Shown here piece by piece: positions 44,851 through 58,355 of a stretch of 64,000 bases of DNA (positions are counted from its first letter, which is position 1; every line of letters starts with the position of its first letter). Location of the stretch: positions 7,254,001 through 7,318,000 of the forward strand of contig OX597843.1 in assembly GCA_951406725.2 (NCBI GenBank), given 5' to 3'. The notes below the pieces were generated by a model. The model saw nothing but the letters and a program-made list of their open reading frames with translations, ran no database searches and had not been told where the DNA came from. The translations under genes were made by a program, and so were the position numbers. The DNA is from Octopus vulgaris (Eukaryota).

Positions 44851-45091
44851 TGATCATACATTATACATGTATTCAAATTTTTACGATCTTATGGAAATAT
44901 TGTGTATGTATATGCGAGTGTGTCAGTGTTTATGTATAAATGTATGCCCTTGAGTGTATATATGAATGCTTATGAATATACAGCTAGTGGAGTACCCCTC
45001 GTTGAATAATTATTACTTCTGTGGTTCTGCTAGGAAACTTGTGTAACCTGGATTTTATCTACATCATTCCCTAGTTTCTATTCCTATACAC

Positions 45092-45345
45092 TTGGAGGCG
45101 CGTGGCTTAGAGGTTTGGGTGTCAGCACTATGATCGTAAGATTGTGGTTTCGATTCCTGAACCGAGCGACGCGTTGTGTTCTTGAGCAAAACACTTCATC
45201 TCACGTTGCTCCAGTCCACTCAGCTGGCAAAAATGAGTAACGCTGCGATGGACTGGCGTCCCGTTCAGCTGGGGAACACATACGCCATTGAAACCGGGAA
45301 CCGGGCCTATGAGCCTGGCTTTAAAAAGGGTGCATTTATTTATTT
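45092..45345 (+). mobile_element. SINE family C, tail type 3 (V-domain-like), full length with 13-bp TSD
   Basis: TSD tattcctatacac at 45079-45091 and 45346-45358; A and B boxes; gctgcgatggactggcgtcccg; (ttta)n end. Confidence 0.92.
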
Positions 45346-45566
45346 TATTCCTATACACAGCAACCCCAGTTGCTAACCGTCAACTATAAAACGACTTTTT
45401 TCAGCTTATCGAACTTCGATATGAGAAAAATTGACAACCTTCTACGCCAATGCACCTCTATTGTTCCAGAAAGTGGTTTTTTTATACCTTCTGCGGACTG
45501 CTCGGAGCTTAATAACCTCCTACACCTTGATCCTTGGATATTACCTTTAAATATTACTATATATAC

Positions 45567-45649
<83 letters not shown>

Positions 45650-45653
<4 letters not shown>

Positions 45654-46016
45654 TTAGGGAATAAATCCAAACTTACAGGGAAAAATCAGATTTAGGATTG
45701 AATCCAATTTTATAGTAAAATATTATATTATATTAAATTAGAGACAAAACCACTATTAGGCAAATCAAACAATGAAAGACTTAAGCCAATACATAAATTA
45801 ATTTATATTATTTAAATATGTAACAATTATCAAAAAATATAATTAATATCCACTACGATCGTTTCCTGGCTGCTGTCATCAAATTTTTAAGTCGCAGTCA
45901 TTCATCAGGTGGTTTCAAATTTTTCTTGGCGAGTTGATATAAATTAATTTATGTATTGGCTTAAGTCTTTCATTGTTTGATTTGCCTAATATTGGTTTTG
46001 TCTCTAATTTAATATA

Positions 46017-46025
<9 letters not shown>
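45650..46025 (-). mobile_element. Penelope-like pLTR remnant: ~90-bp inverted repeats enclosing a hammerhead
   Basis: 45721-45807 is inverted at 45937-46024; flanked by (TAA)n and (TA)n. Confidence 0.7.
45850..45912 (-). ncRNA. Type-I hammerhead ribozyme with canonical CUGAUGA core and extended helix II
   Basis: Minus: ccac-CTGATGA-a-tgactgc(20 nt)gcagcca-g-GAAA-cgatcg-T-A-gtgg; palindromic ACGATCGT helix III; first helix II pair is an A-G mismatch. Confidence 0.7.
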
Positions 46026-46084
<59 letters not shown>

Positions 46085-46301
46085 TAAAACTTACTTGGAA
46101 AAGGATGCGTGCCGTTCGATCATATAATAATATAAATAATATACACATATATGCATATATACATACATATATGTACATACCTACATATGTATATGTACAT
46201 ATCATATATGGGTACAGGATATCATAAAAACGTTGAACACAATGAGAAATGAAAACATAAAAACAAAGACAAAATATATAGTGTGTTTGTGTGTGTGTTT
46301 A

Positions 46302-46342
<41 letters not shown>

Positions 46343-46395
46343 TGTTTGAGCGTATTCATGATATATATATATGTGTGTGTGTATATATACGTATA

Positions 46396-46436
<41 letters not shown>

Positions 46437-47009
46437 ATGGATGGATGGATTGGATATATGTGTTTATACGCACTCTCAAACACACACACACAGTTTCACC
46501 AACACCACCACCACCCACACACGCAGCCAAGACACCTGAGTTATCGTAATAAGCGGACGCCATGTTGTGGAGCTTGGAAAATAAAGGCAGATCTCTATAT
46601 CTTAATTCCTCCGTCGACGTCGAACATAACAGTGCAACAACAACAGCAACAACAACAGCATCAACAACAACAACAGCAAAGACCGTTCTCAATTTATCCG
46701 CCATTACGTCTGTTTTCTGATGAAAGAGTCTTTCGTCCAAACTGGACATAATGTACCAACCTATTAGAGACGAAAATAGCTTCAGTAATAAGTGTGTGTG
46801 AGTGTAGTAACTATATCTATATGCACATGTGTGTGTGTGTACCTATGTGTGCGTGTGTATGTATAAGTGTGTATGCAATTATATATGTGTATGCATATAT
46901 GTGTGTGTATATGGATATGGAAATATGTACGCGTATGTGTGTATGTATGGCTATGTATATATGTATTTCTATATTAATATGGGTGCATGTATGTATATAT
47001 ATATATATG

Positions 47010-47069
<60 letters not shown>

Positions 47070-47232
47070 TATAAATTAGAGAAGAACCACCATGTAGCAA
47101 TTCAACAATGATATACCTAAATCATATCATATAGAAAACATTAAAGATGCGATAAAATATTTACCTAGAACTAAATAAAGTACGAAATAATAAATAAATA
47201 AATAAATAGTTTATAATTAGTAAATATGTATG

Positions 47233-47315
<83 letters not shown>

Positions 47316-47510
47316 CCTATACATATGCGTGTTCATATACGTAAATATTAACAAGTGAAAACAATGGTACATAGGTAATCGTTTTTTATTTCGTATATTT
47401 TCAATTGTCTTGCTTATTTTTACGTATGTGGCGTGTCCACTTTAGTGGTCAGTCCTCTAAATTTTGTGTGTGTGTGTGCCTACATATGCATATATATATA
47501 TGTATGTATG

Positions 47511-47576
<66 letters not shown>

Positions 47577-47580
47577 GTTA

Positions 47581-47826
47581 GGTCACTTTCGAGTGCTACT
47601 GGTAACATGTAACCCAGTACAACCTGTTGCATGGTCGGGCCGTCGGCGACTAAACCGGCTACACCACCAAGCTTGCTTGGTGAGGAGGGTGTTTATTGGA
47701 TACCCTGCGGGATGAAAAACAAAACCCATCAAAGGGTGGAGGAACTCTTGAGAGTCAACGGCCATCCAATAAAAGTGTAATTTTTTTTTTCTGATGGCTT
47801 AAGGCTGTATCATGGGCGGGGACATG
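47581..47826 (+). mobile_element. Second copy of the 15113 repeat (RTE 5' UTR-like), 3'-truncated
   Basis: High identity to 15113-15335. Confidence 0.6.
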
Positions 47827-49098
47827 GAAGCCGTATCTCCCCCTGTTGAATCGTTGTTGTCTTTAAAGAAGAATGAACACATTGGGTTATGTAGTCTTAG
47901 ATAGACGATACCTGAAACAAACAAAAAAATACATAAATGATGGCGTCGATGTTGACAGGAACACCTTTACAATTGAATCAGGTGTATCAATCAGGAAGAT
48001 ATACCACCACCACCACCACCACTTCCACTACCTCCACCGTCACTACCAGCATTCCTACTAGCGACAACTCCACCCACATACAGCTACAACTATCACACCG
48101 CTCCGCCACCGCTATCAGCACTACCACCGCCCCCGTCACCACTATCAGCACTACCTTCACCACTACCTTCACCAACACCATCGTCACCTCAATCAACAGT
48201 ACCACCACCGCAACCACCACCATCGCCTCGTAAACGACTGCTCACAGTAACATTATATCTCAACTTCATACCCAACTAACTTCCTCGTTAATGATGCGTG
48301 AAGGAACAATAGATGTAGCCTTATGGTTGAATGACTTTCTACAAATACACGTACGCACACACACATACACATCCATGGTTGTGTGTGTGTGGATGGGTGG
48401 GTGTCTTTATACACATCTAGTATATATAAATCGCAGTACGTATGTATATAATGACTAACGCATACATTTCCACAATTCTCAACCGATTTTCACCAAACTT
48501 TACACACACATTAGTTATGTCCCAAGGATGGTCATGCACTAAAACATTTTCCCAGCATTCCCGCGTAAATGGATGTAAATGGACATAGTTTTTTGTATGT
48601 AGGGTCTTCAATACTTTTTAAAATCTATATCGTCGTTTATTGGAATTAGAGAATATTTTTGACTGTGATTATAAATTGACTGGGAACACTGTATGTGATG
48701 AATATCCAATACCAAACAATCTTAATTTCCATATTTAAACTGCATTAAACTTTAGCAAGCTTACCTTTACCTATTCTGAGTTACTTGAAAGGTGATGTTC
48801 CCTTCGCTCTCTTCTATTTGTTAATGCCTTTGTTTACCTACGTTGTTTCACTTTAAGGATGCTTATTTTTCCCATCCATTATGATATTTCGACTGCTGTC
48901 TATTGTTTCAAATAGATTTTAGCATTGTGGTTCTAGCACTTTTTAAACAATCACATATGATTCTTCCCAAACAATCAACCTTTAAATAAGAGATTTGTTT
49001 CCACTAGCGAAAGCTATACGTATCTTTCAGAAAGCGTCATGCCAATTTCACTTTATTCGGTATTCGCCGTTACTTTATGCGCAGGCTATGTGGGAAGA

Positions 49099-49413
49099 GT
49101 GGAGGCGCAATGGTCCAGTGGTTAGGGCAGCGGACTCGCGGTTGTAGGATCGCGGTTCCGAATCCAAGACCGGGCGTTGTGGTGTTTATTGAGCGAAAAC
49201 ACCTAAAAGTTCCACGAGGCTCCGGCAGGGGGTGGTGGCGACCCATGTTGTACTCTTTCTCCACATCTTTCTCTCACTCTCTCTTCATGTTTCTTGTGTA
49301 ACGCTGCGATGGATTGGCATCCCCTCCAGCTGGGGGGAATACATACGCCACAGAAACCGGGAAACCGGGCCCATGAGCCTGGCTAGGCTTGAAAAGGTCG
49401 CATAAATAAAAAA
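49099..49413 (+). mobile_element. SINE family C, tail type 3, with 12-bp TSD, nested in the Helitron
   Basis: TSD tatgtgggaaga at 49087-49098 and 49414-49425; head ggaggcgcaatggtccagtggttagggc. Confidence 0.9.
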
Positions 49414-49514
49414 TATGTGGGAAGACAGAATAAAGGGGCGTTTGTTAGCTTATGATAGAATCGATAGTCACTTGGTACACTAAAGCCCATTTTCCTCTTC
49501 CAGATCATACAAGC

Positions 49515-50260
49515 ATGCCACCTAAAAAGAGAGTATGCAGCGGTAAGGCAGTAGCGCTGGCAGGCCAAGGAGACTGAGGACCAAGGGTCATGTAGATTGT
49601 TGAAAGGAGCTGCCGCTGCTAGAGCTGCAATTACTACAGAGCAGCGTGAAACCTATGGAATGCGTGCTGCTGATGCAAGGGCTGCAGAAACCCCACAAAA
49701 GAGTGCTATCCGTTGGGCACGCATCGCTTCACCCACTTCTGCTGCGAGGTTGGCAGATGACGATAACCATCGGATGATGAGACTAATGTTCACTGCAACA
49801 TGGCTATTGGAAGCTATCGAGTAATCGATGGGCATCAAAGGCTATGATCCAGCCAAGGATTACGCCACCCATCGAGAGACTGTTACAAGGAATATGTCTG
49901 TAATATGTCCATCTTTCAAGTCCCTCAACTGGGTTGGAGAATCCAGTGGTCTATGCTTCTCAAACGAAAAGGTTCGTTTGCCTGACCTGCAAAACACTCC
50001 TAAACCTTTCTTCTCTTTACTCCTTGGTCAATACCCTGATTCGCAGCAATGTACACAGAAAATTCGTGCTTATAACTCTGCCTTTTAGATGACAAGTTTC
50101 AGTCTCAAACTCATTCACAAAGACTCCAATATGTCAACGTTTAAAATTCGGGGCCGAAACCTATCATCGGATAGGCTCTATTCTTCTTGTCAACAACGCT
50201 GAACACCAATCCCTTCAAATTTATTCATGGGAGATGCCACTGAGCAAACTGCTCGCTGAG
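49515..50260 (+). pseudogene. Helitron Rep/helicase N-terminal remnant with stops and frameshifts
   Basis: MPPKKR start; MSVICPSFKSLNWVGESSGLCFSNEKVRLPDL..KIRAYNSAF*MTSF..STFKIRG/YHRIGSIL..LQIY resembles the Helitron CC..GKV.LP / IR.YN..F.MTS / YH.IGSL motifs. Confidence 0.85.
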
Positions 50261-50349
50261 CTCAGGTGGCACCTGGAACAAAGTGAAAAAAATACCACCA
50301 AAGCAACTTATAACCGTCCAGATGACAGCTGCGTTTGATAGTATATATA

Positions 50350-50894
50350 TTGGGTTGCCCGGAAAGTTCGTGCCGATTTTTACAGGAAAGAAAAAGGTCA
50401 ATAAATACTTGCCATTACATTTTTAATCAACCAAATATGAAACATTTTGTTGCACAATGCGTCTCCATCTTTCCTTTAACTTGAAAATACCCTCTTCCCA
50501 GATTTGAGGTGATTTCATGGCAAAGAATTCATCAAGGTATCTTTTTACGTCATTCAAGGAATTGAAATTTTTACCATTAAGACTATTCTGCAGAGACCTG
50601 AATAAGTGGGAATCCGAAGGAGCAACATCTGGTGAATGTGGAGGGTCGGGTAACACATCCCGGCCGGGTTACAGCAATTTTTGTATGGTTCCCAAACTTT
50701 CTTATCTTCCATTTTAAAGAGTTACAGAATTAACACAGGTTATAGGAAGATAAACCTTCTTCAACGAAAAGATAGCTTAAACTGTGCACTAAATGGAGGT
50801 GTAGTCAAATCCTATTTTATGGACTCAACCATGTTTTAAAATAAGTGGAAAGGTAAGCTACTATAAATCGGCACGAACTTTCCGGACAACCCAA
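50350..50894 (-). mobile_element. Internally deleted mariner transposon (545 bp)
   Basis: 30-bp TIRs ttgggttgYccggaaagttcgtgccgattt (1 mismatch), TA on both sides. Confidence 0.95.
50423..50712 (-). pseudogene. Mariner transposase remnant: N-terminal MEDKKV joined to the C-terminal ~90 codons
   Basis: PPHSPDVAPSDSHLFRSLQNSLNGKNF..EEGIFKLKERWRRIV matches the mariner YSPDLAPSD(Y)HLF motif. Confidence 0.92.
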
Positions 50895-50914
50895 TATATT
50901 TATATCGTCCGGTC

Positions 50915-51126
50915 ATTTCATCATGTTGAACCATTAATCTCTACACAAATTTCTCTCTCTCCGTTCTTTTCGTTCTCTCTCCAATTTTTTACCTCTCGTT
51001 CCCTTCTATCGAAGAGCGTAGGCTCGAAATGTCAAAGACTTTCCCATTCTTCCCGAGCGTCGAACTAATTCACCTACTGGTTGTTCCCTCACTTGTCTTC
51101 GTCTTTTGTTCTCTGTAAATTTGGAC

Positions 51127-51128
<2 letters not shown>
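50915..51128 (+). mobile_element. pLTR/retrozyme-like unit with decayed hammerhead (51002-51037)
   Basis: cctt-CTATCGA-A-gagc(gtag)gctc-GAAA-tg-T-C-aaag; homologous to 8795-9210. Confidence 0.7.
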
Positions 51129-51170
<42 letters not shown>

Positions 51171-51361
51171 TATATATATATCACACGTGATCACGTGACC
51201 GACCAGGCTATACACGTTGCTACGCATCGCTGGTCTCAATGCGCTTTTTGCATTGTTTTAGCCTTCAGATGATCCCACCCTACTGACTAGGCGAGGAAGC
51301 CATAATCCCCCCCCCCCCGATCTACGGTGTAGTAGTAGTAGTAGTGGTGGTGATGGTGGCG

Positions 51362-51417
<56 letters not shown>

Positions 51418-51970
51418 CAAATCGAATAATCGAACATTAAAAGTAACAATTACAAAACAAGAGGACTTGAATGTATTAGTTTCACGCACGGTAAAGGTGG
51501 AAAAAAAGAGGTTTTCAACATTTCCTCTCATAATCCCTGTTAATCTACCCTAATCTACAGATCTCTTTATTTCATTTAATTCTTTAAGTAAATTGAATAT
51601 TCGTTTAATTTCAAGAGTACTGACTACCGTGACCTATCAGCCTTAGTTCGGAAAGTTCTGTAAACCGGAAAGGCCTTGGAAAAGAAATATTCCGGAAAAT
51701 CTATGTTGTACCTGTATATACATAGGTATATATGTATAGCAATATGCAGAGTGAAAGAGACAGACAGACTGACAGAGAGTAAGATATAGAGTGAAAAATT
51801 ATTGTCCGTCTAATATCTATATACTAATCTCTTCCTTTCTCTCTCTCTCTCTCTCTCTCTACATACGCGCATGCGCACGCATACATACACACACACATGC
51901 ATATACATGCATACCATTTTCTATCTCTCTTTCAATCAGCTATATGTATGTATGTATGTATGGATGGATG

Positions 51971-52018
<48 letters not shown>

Positions 52019-52185
52019 CCACTAGCCAGGTAACTAGAAAGATTGATTGATAGATAGAAAGATAGATAGATAGATAGACAAACAGGCAAACAGATACATA
52101 GACAGAGATCTATATAGATTGATTTATATATATATACGTATGTATGTGTGTGTATGTATATATATATATATGTGACGCTCTTCTC

Positions 52186-52251
<66 letters not shown>

Positions 52252-53039
52252 TATGCGCACACACAAATACACACGCACACAAAAGCACACACACAAGCAC
52301 ACACATTCATATAAATTTCAGCTCCGCCACCACAGCCTCCAACGCCGTTATCCTTTGCTAGCAGAAATACACCTACAACAACTACCACCACCACCACCAC
52401 CACTATCACAACCACTACTACTACTACCAACAGCCTCCGGCTACAATTAATTGAAGCCACTTCAGAAGAATACCGTTGCCTGGTTAAAACTAAAAAAAAC
52501 CAATGAATAAGTAAAAATAGAAAAAATAAAAGTAGATACACTCCCACGTATAGAGAAAGAAAACATCGGAAATAACAACAACAGATAGAATGGGGGTATT
52601 GATGGTGTTGCTGTTGTTGTTGTTTGTGGTGGTGGAAGGAGGACAATCCTGAAAACTGAGAAGTGATTTTTGTTCTGAGAGATCGAACTGATAAAGTATT
52701 CGGATTGTATTTGTGGAAAGGGTCGGGTAGGGAGGGTAATGGGTTGGTTAGGGTGGGTGAAGGTGGGCCGGGAACGCGTTCAGCGTTCCTAGCGTTTGAC
52801 AGCGTTCGGCAGTGGCTTAATGTTTGTGCGTTTGTGTTTAGCGAGGGATGGGCAGGAAAGGGTTTTCAGAGTATCGCGTGAAATATTATTGTTGTTGTTG
52901 TTATTGCTGCTGTATTACCTCTTTTCCCCCGACTCCATCGCAGAAACTGGTTAGATTTCCAGCCACGACAATCCCCATTGGCGAAGACTACACTGACCTG
53001 TCCTGTCGTTTAAGACGTTAAGGATGTGTGTAATCTCAG

Positions 53040-53232
53040 AGAAAGATATACTGACTGCTATTTCTAGCAGGTTGAACAACCTATATTCTTGCACTAGTTG
53101 TTGTTGTTTAACCCCAGGTCAGTCCTGCTCCCGCAGACTTATGATCAAAGATGTTCCAGCTGTAACATCCTGTATTTTATTCAGGCATAGTGTATCTAGG
53201 ACTACATTATCTAATGTGTCCTTCCTTGTTAC
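53040..53232 (-). mobile_element. Single copy of the ~121-bp tail repeat plus upstream motif
   Basis: Homologous to the 5180-5915 units and to ctgctatttctagcagg. Confidence 0.75.
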
Positions 53233-53604
53233 TATTTGTGCACAGTGACGCACAAATGATGGCGACATGGAGACCAATTATGATAAATTATTGTTTTTCA
53301 GAAATTCACTCTGCTTCTAGAGGAGGTAGACCAATTTCTCGAAAGCAATGATTACAGCACTAAATGAGGAAGGAAGATAATCATAAGGATCAAGGATTCT
53401 CCAAAACTGACATGACATTGAGGAAACGATTGATTGATTGCCTGGGTAGAAGGGAACATCTGTGGATTCGAGCAACAACATGCATCAAGTTTCGTGCTCT
53501 TATTCATGTGCTGAGTTCTATTTCTCTCCTTCGTATAACCATACACACACACACACATAGATAGATAGATGTTGCTATGTATGTCTACTCGTATATACAT
53601 ACAT

Positions 53605-53691
<87 letters not shown>

Positions 53692-53804
53692 TGGATCAAA
53701 ACAGTTTGCTTCAAATTCCTTTGACCCCTAAATGTAACTCGCAGTGAAAGTGATGAGTGCCCTTCTTTCGTTTCTCCACTCACTCGTATATATACGCATA
53801 TGTA

Positions 53805-53840
<36 letters not shown>

Positions 53841-54108
53841 CGCATGTATGTATGTGTACATATATTTCTGCACGTGTGTATATGTATATATGCAAGTGCA
53901 TATATATGTATGTGTGTATATACGTATGTGTACGTACATATATATATATGTGTGTGTGAGTGTGTATGTGTGTGTAAATATATATGCACATATGTACATA
54001 TGCTATATTATTAAACATGTGCGTGTGGTTGTGTGCGTGTGTACGTTCATATCACTGCCCCTCCTCTTCAATTAATCAAGCTAAACCACGTCTCTCTTTT
54101 TCAAGTCC

Positions 54109-54143
<35 letters not shown>

Positions 54144-54446
54144 CTTATTCTTCCTTTTTTCTCTCCAAGCCAAAGCAAGCACTTTCTCATCCTCCTTCCT
54201 TCACACTCCGCTCTCTCTCTCTCTCTCTCCACTACCTCCTACTTCTACACCCATGTCTGCCTCCTTTCCACCCATGCCACACACCACTGCCTACTCCTTG
54301 TCCACCCCCACCCCACACTCCTACCACTGATATCTAATGAGTTTCAATAATTACTTGAAATTCTAAAAACATTTGTTTAATTTGAAGATGTATGTATGTT
54401 TGTGTATGTGTGTGTGTATGTGTGAGTGCATCTATGCATATACAGG

Positions 54447-54513
<67 letters not shown>

Positions 54514-54632
54514 GATACACTGCTGTTTGTATGTCTCACCCATCCCACCTCGAAAAGAAAAAACTCTACACTGTATTTCGTCCATTTTTATTCTGTGTTT
54601 AGCCCTGTGTGGCCACAATAAAAAGTTATGTC

Positions 54633-54699
<67 letters not shown>

Positions 54700-54706
54700 G
54701 TCTGTC

Positions 54707-54737
<31 letters not shown>

Positions 54738-54970
54738 AGCCAACTACCTATATATCCATCTCTCTCTCTCTCTCCTCTCTCTCCCTCTGTTTATCTATCG
54801 ATCTGTCTGTCCGTCTGTCTATCTATCTACTTATCTATCTATCTATCCATCCATCCATCCATCTATTATGCATTTATCCCTCTATCTATCGGCTTACATT
54901 TCACTCTCTTTCCTGTCTTTTGTACGCATGTCTGCATGCTCTCTCTCTCTCTCTCTCTCGCTTTCTCTTC

Positions 54971-55011
<41 letters not shown>

Positions 55012-55384
55012 CTGTGCTTTCCCCCTTTCCACCCACCCATGCCCCCCACCTAACACATCATTGACATATTTCAAGCAACAACTCATTAATTTTCAAACAT
55101 ATGCTTCCTAGATTGGTGTCGAAACAAACAAAAACAACAACAACAACAACAACAATAACAACAACAACAACGGTAGCGTGTTGTCACATGACGAAGGACA
55201 ACAACTACAACAAAAACATCGGGATTTAATCACGACAAACGCTATCGCCTATACCGTAAGCGTCCCCCACCCTAAGCGCCACTACCGACATCACCACTTC
55301 CGCCGCCGCAGCCACCACCACCACCTCTTCCACAACCACCCCACCCTTTCTGCTCTCATCAACACCACCACCGCAATCACCATT

Positions 55385-56235
55385 GAAACCATTATCACCA
55401 CCACCACTACCATCACCAGAAACAGCACCAACAACACCATCAACCACCACCACCACCACCACCACCACCACCACCATCAACCACCACCGCCACCACCACC
55501 ACCATCAACCACCACTGCCACCACCACCACCACCATCAACCACCACTGCCACCACCACCACCACCATCAACCACCACCCCCACCACCACCACCACCATCA
55601 ACCACCACTGCCACCACCACCACCACCATCAACCACCACCACCACCACCACCACCACCATCAACCACCACTGCCACCACCACCACCACCATCAACCATCA
55701 CCACACCGCCACCACCACCACCACCATCAACCACCTCCAACACCACCACCACCACAACTAACACCATCACTATTACCACCACCACCACCACCACCACCAT
55801 CAACCACCACTGCCACCACCACCACCACCATCAACCACCACCAACACCACCACCACCATCAACCACCTCCAACACCACCACCACCACCACCAACACCATC
55901 ACTATTACCACCACCACCACCACCATCAACCACCACCACCATCAACCACCACCACCACCACCATCAACCACCACTACCAACACCATCAACCACCACCACC
56001 ACCACCATCAACCACCACAACCACAACACCAACACCATCACCACCACCACCACCACCATCAACCACCACCACCACCACCATCAACCACCTCCAACACCAC
56101 CACCACCATCAACCACCTCCAACACCACCACCACCACAACCAACACCATCACTATTACCACCACCACCACCACCATCAACCACCACCACCACCACCATCA
56201 ACCACCACTACAAACACCACCACCATCACCACTAC
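55385..56235. repeat. (CCA)n/(CCATCAA) cryptic repeat with block duplications
   Basis: Direct inspection. Confidence 0.92.
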
Positions 56236-56564
56236 TAGTACCCGCTGACTGCTGCACTCGTTAATATTTAATATTGCATCAGAACTTGCAACCATTGCAC
56301 CGACGCTCGTATTGCTCTGCAAATAAGCTGCACTCCTGATGCACCGAAATGTGCAACTACAACTGAACTGTACCTCATTTCCACTGTACTGGCGTTGTAC
56401 CACGCTGCACACTATCCTGCACTGTAAACGTACTGTATTAGAAGTGCATATGTAACGTAGGGACGTCAGCTGCACCGATATTGCAGCGACAATGTAAAGA
56501 GGAGTCGACGATTAGGGAGATCAATCAATGCGGCCCGCGAGCCGAGCTCAGTTACGGTTATTGG

Positions 56565-56710
56565 TTTCGAATTTTGACACGAGGCCAACAATTTTAGGGG
56601 ACAGGGTCTAAGTCGATAACATCGACCTCAACAGAATTTGAGCTCAGAAGATAAAGACGTACGAAGCGCTGCCAAGCATTTTGATCGGCGTGCTAACAAT
56701 TCTGCCACCT
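56565..56710 (-). mobile_element. SINE family B, decayed
   Basis: ggcgtgctaacaattctgcca, agaatttgagctcagaa. Confidence 0.7.
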
Positions 56711-56731
56711 CATTGCTTTACTACTACTACC

Positions 56732-56797
<66 letters not shown>

Positions 56798-56798
<1 letters not shown>

Positions 56799-57064
56799 CC
56801 CTGATGCAGTACCAGACACTGGCTTTCATGGCTATGATGCTCCCCCACTACTTCTGCTCGTGATCAGAGATGCACATATCGTCAGCCACTAAGGGACATG
56901 CTCAACTGGTTAAGGTCAAACAACTGACAAGCAAATCTGTGGTATTGAGCAGAATATTTGCTGTAGGCCATCTTTTATACCAAGACAAAACAATGTACAT
57001 GATAACACTTCCAATCAGTTAAGATCAGAAGCCATGAAAGCCAGTGTCTGGTACTGCATCAGGG

Positions 57065-57137
<73 letters not shown>

Positions 57138-57597
57138 GAGTGAGAGAGCAGTGCATGCCATCAAAGTGACAACGGGGTAAAATATTCGAAGCCTAGTATA
57201 CCCATCATGACTACCTGTCTGATAAGGGTAAACCAGGCACATGCATCACAACCATGTGTGCGCGACATGGTGATCTCATACCAAGATAAACAGCACATGA
57301 CCTAGCAGGTGGGGACCAGTAAGAATTTTCGTCTGGTCGAGTAACCCATCCTGCTCAAAAGGTCTCCAAATAAGGGTTGTTTAAGGATGTTGAACAAAAC
57401 ACCCATGTTTCCAGAGGTGAATTATTCAAACCCTCTCAACACATGGCTATGATGCTCCCCCATTACTTCTGCTCATGATCAGAGATGCACATATCGTCAG
57501 CCAATAAGGGACATGCTCAACTGGTTAAGGTCAAACAACTGACAAGCAAATCTGTGGTATTGAGCAGAATATTTGCTGTAGCCCATCTTTTATACCA
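56798..57597 (-). mobile_element. (TAA)n-embedded element in two partial copies; the first has 36-bp perfect inverted ends
   Basis: 56798-56833 is the reverse complement of 57030-57065; 56827-56983 duplicates 57442-57598; segments are bounded by (TAA)n/(TTA)n. Confidence 0.75.
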
Positions 57598-57671
<74 letters not shown>

Positions 57672-57681
57672 TATTATTATT

Positions 57682-58355
57682 TACTTTTTATCCGCCTGTT
57701 TGTTACAATCACTCGCTGAGACACACCCAGCGTCCTAGGGCGAGTGAAGGATAAGAAATGTTACAGTAAGACTGAAAGCTTGGGGAGGGTAAGTGGCAGA
57801 GATAGCAGCGAAATATCTTCATGTAGTACAACACATACAGTTAAATTTATAGGGTTTTTCTAAGACATGGTTCTCCTGGAATATTATCTAGATGTTTCTG
57901 ACAGCCCTTTCTTATCATACCTAGGACGCACACAATAACAGGACCAGATCTCGCTTTATGATGCCACATCTTTTGTATTTCAATTTCCAGGTCTTTATGT
58001 TTACTTAGTTTGTCAGATTCCTTTACGGATATATTTTAATCAGTTGTTGTTGTTGTTTGTTCCTTCTCAAGCCATGCCTGGCTCATAGGGCCGGTTTCCC
58101 GGTTTCCTTGGCATATAGGTTCCCCACCTGGACGGGACTCCGGTCCGTCCATACCTGTAAGCAGGTGTGCTGATTCTGTAATACTTCCATATTTTCCAAT
58201 GTAAATACTGTCCTACCTTATCGTGGCGATTGTTGTATTCGTTTGGTGTCAGCGCAGGACATCTCGAGACGAGATGGTTTCGTCAGATGTGTCACATAAT
58301 CTGCATTTAGGGTCAGAACCGTTTTGAAGAACGTTGGTCGGGTAGTTTTTGTTGT
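57682..58355 (-). pseudogene. R4/Dong-like RLE-type LINE 3' fragment ending in (TAA)n
   Basis: Minus frames: NGSDPKCRLCDTSDETI, HDKVGQYLHWKI (CCHC region); NISVKESDKLSKHKDLEIEIQKMW..PVIVCVLGMI (RLE C-terminus); 3' UTR followed by (TAA)n. Confidence 0.85.
58022..58150 (-). mobile_element. SINE family C tail type 3 fragment inside the LINE remnant
   Basis: Reverse of gaaaccgggaaaccggccctatgagcc. Confidence 0.7.

Larger units (their letters stand above)
48416..50341 (+). mobile_element. Internally deleted Helitron
   Basis: 5' A|TCTAGTATATATAAA..ccgattttcaccaaactt; Rep-like coding remnant inside; decayed 3' hairpin cgtccagatgacag and ATAG|T. Confidence 0.7.

Noticed and set aside
45370-45560. 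Non-repetitive ORF segment FSLSNFDMRKIDNLLRQC..
   Set aside because: Short, no recognisable family, no clear splice sites, and the region is interrupted by a SINE.
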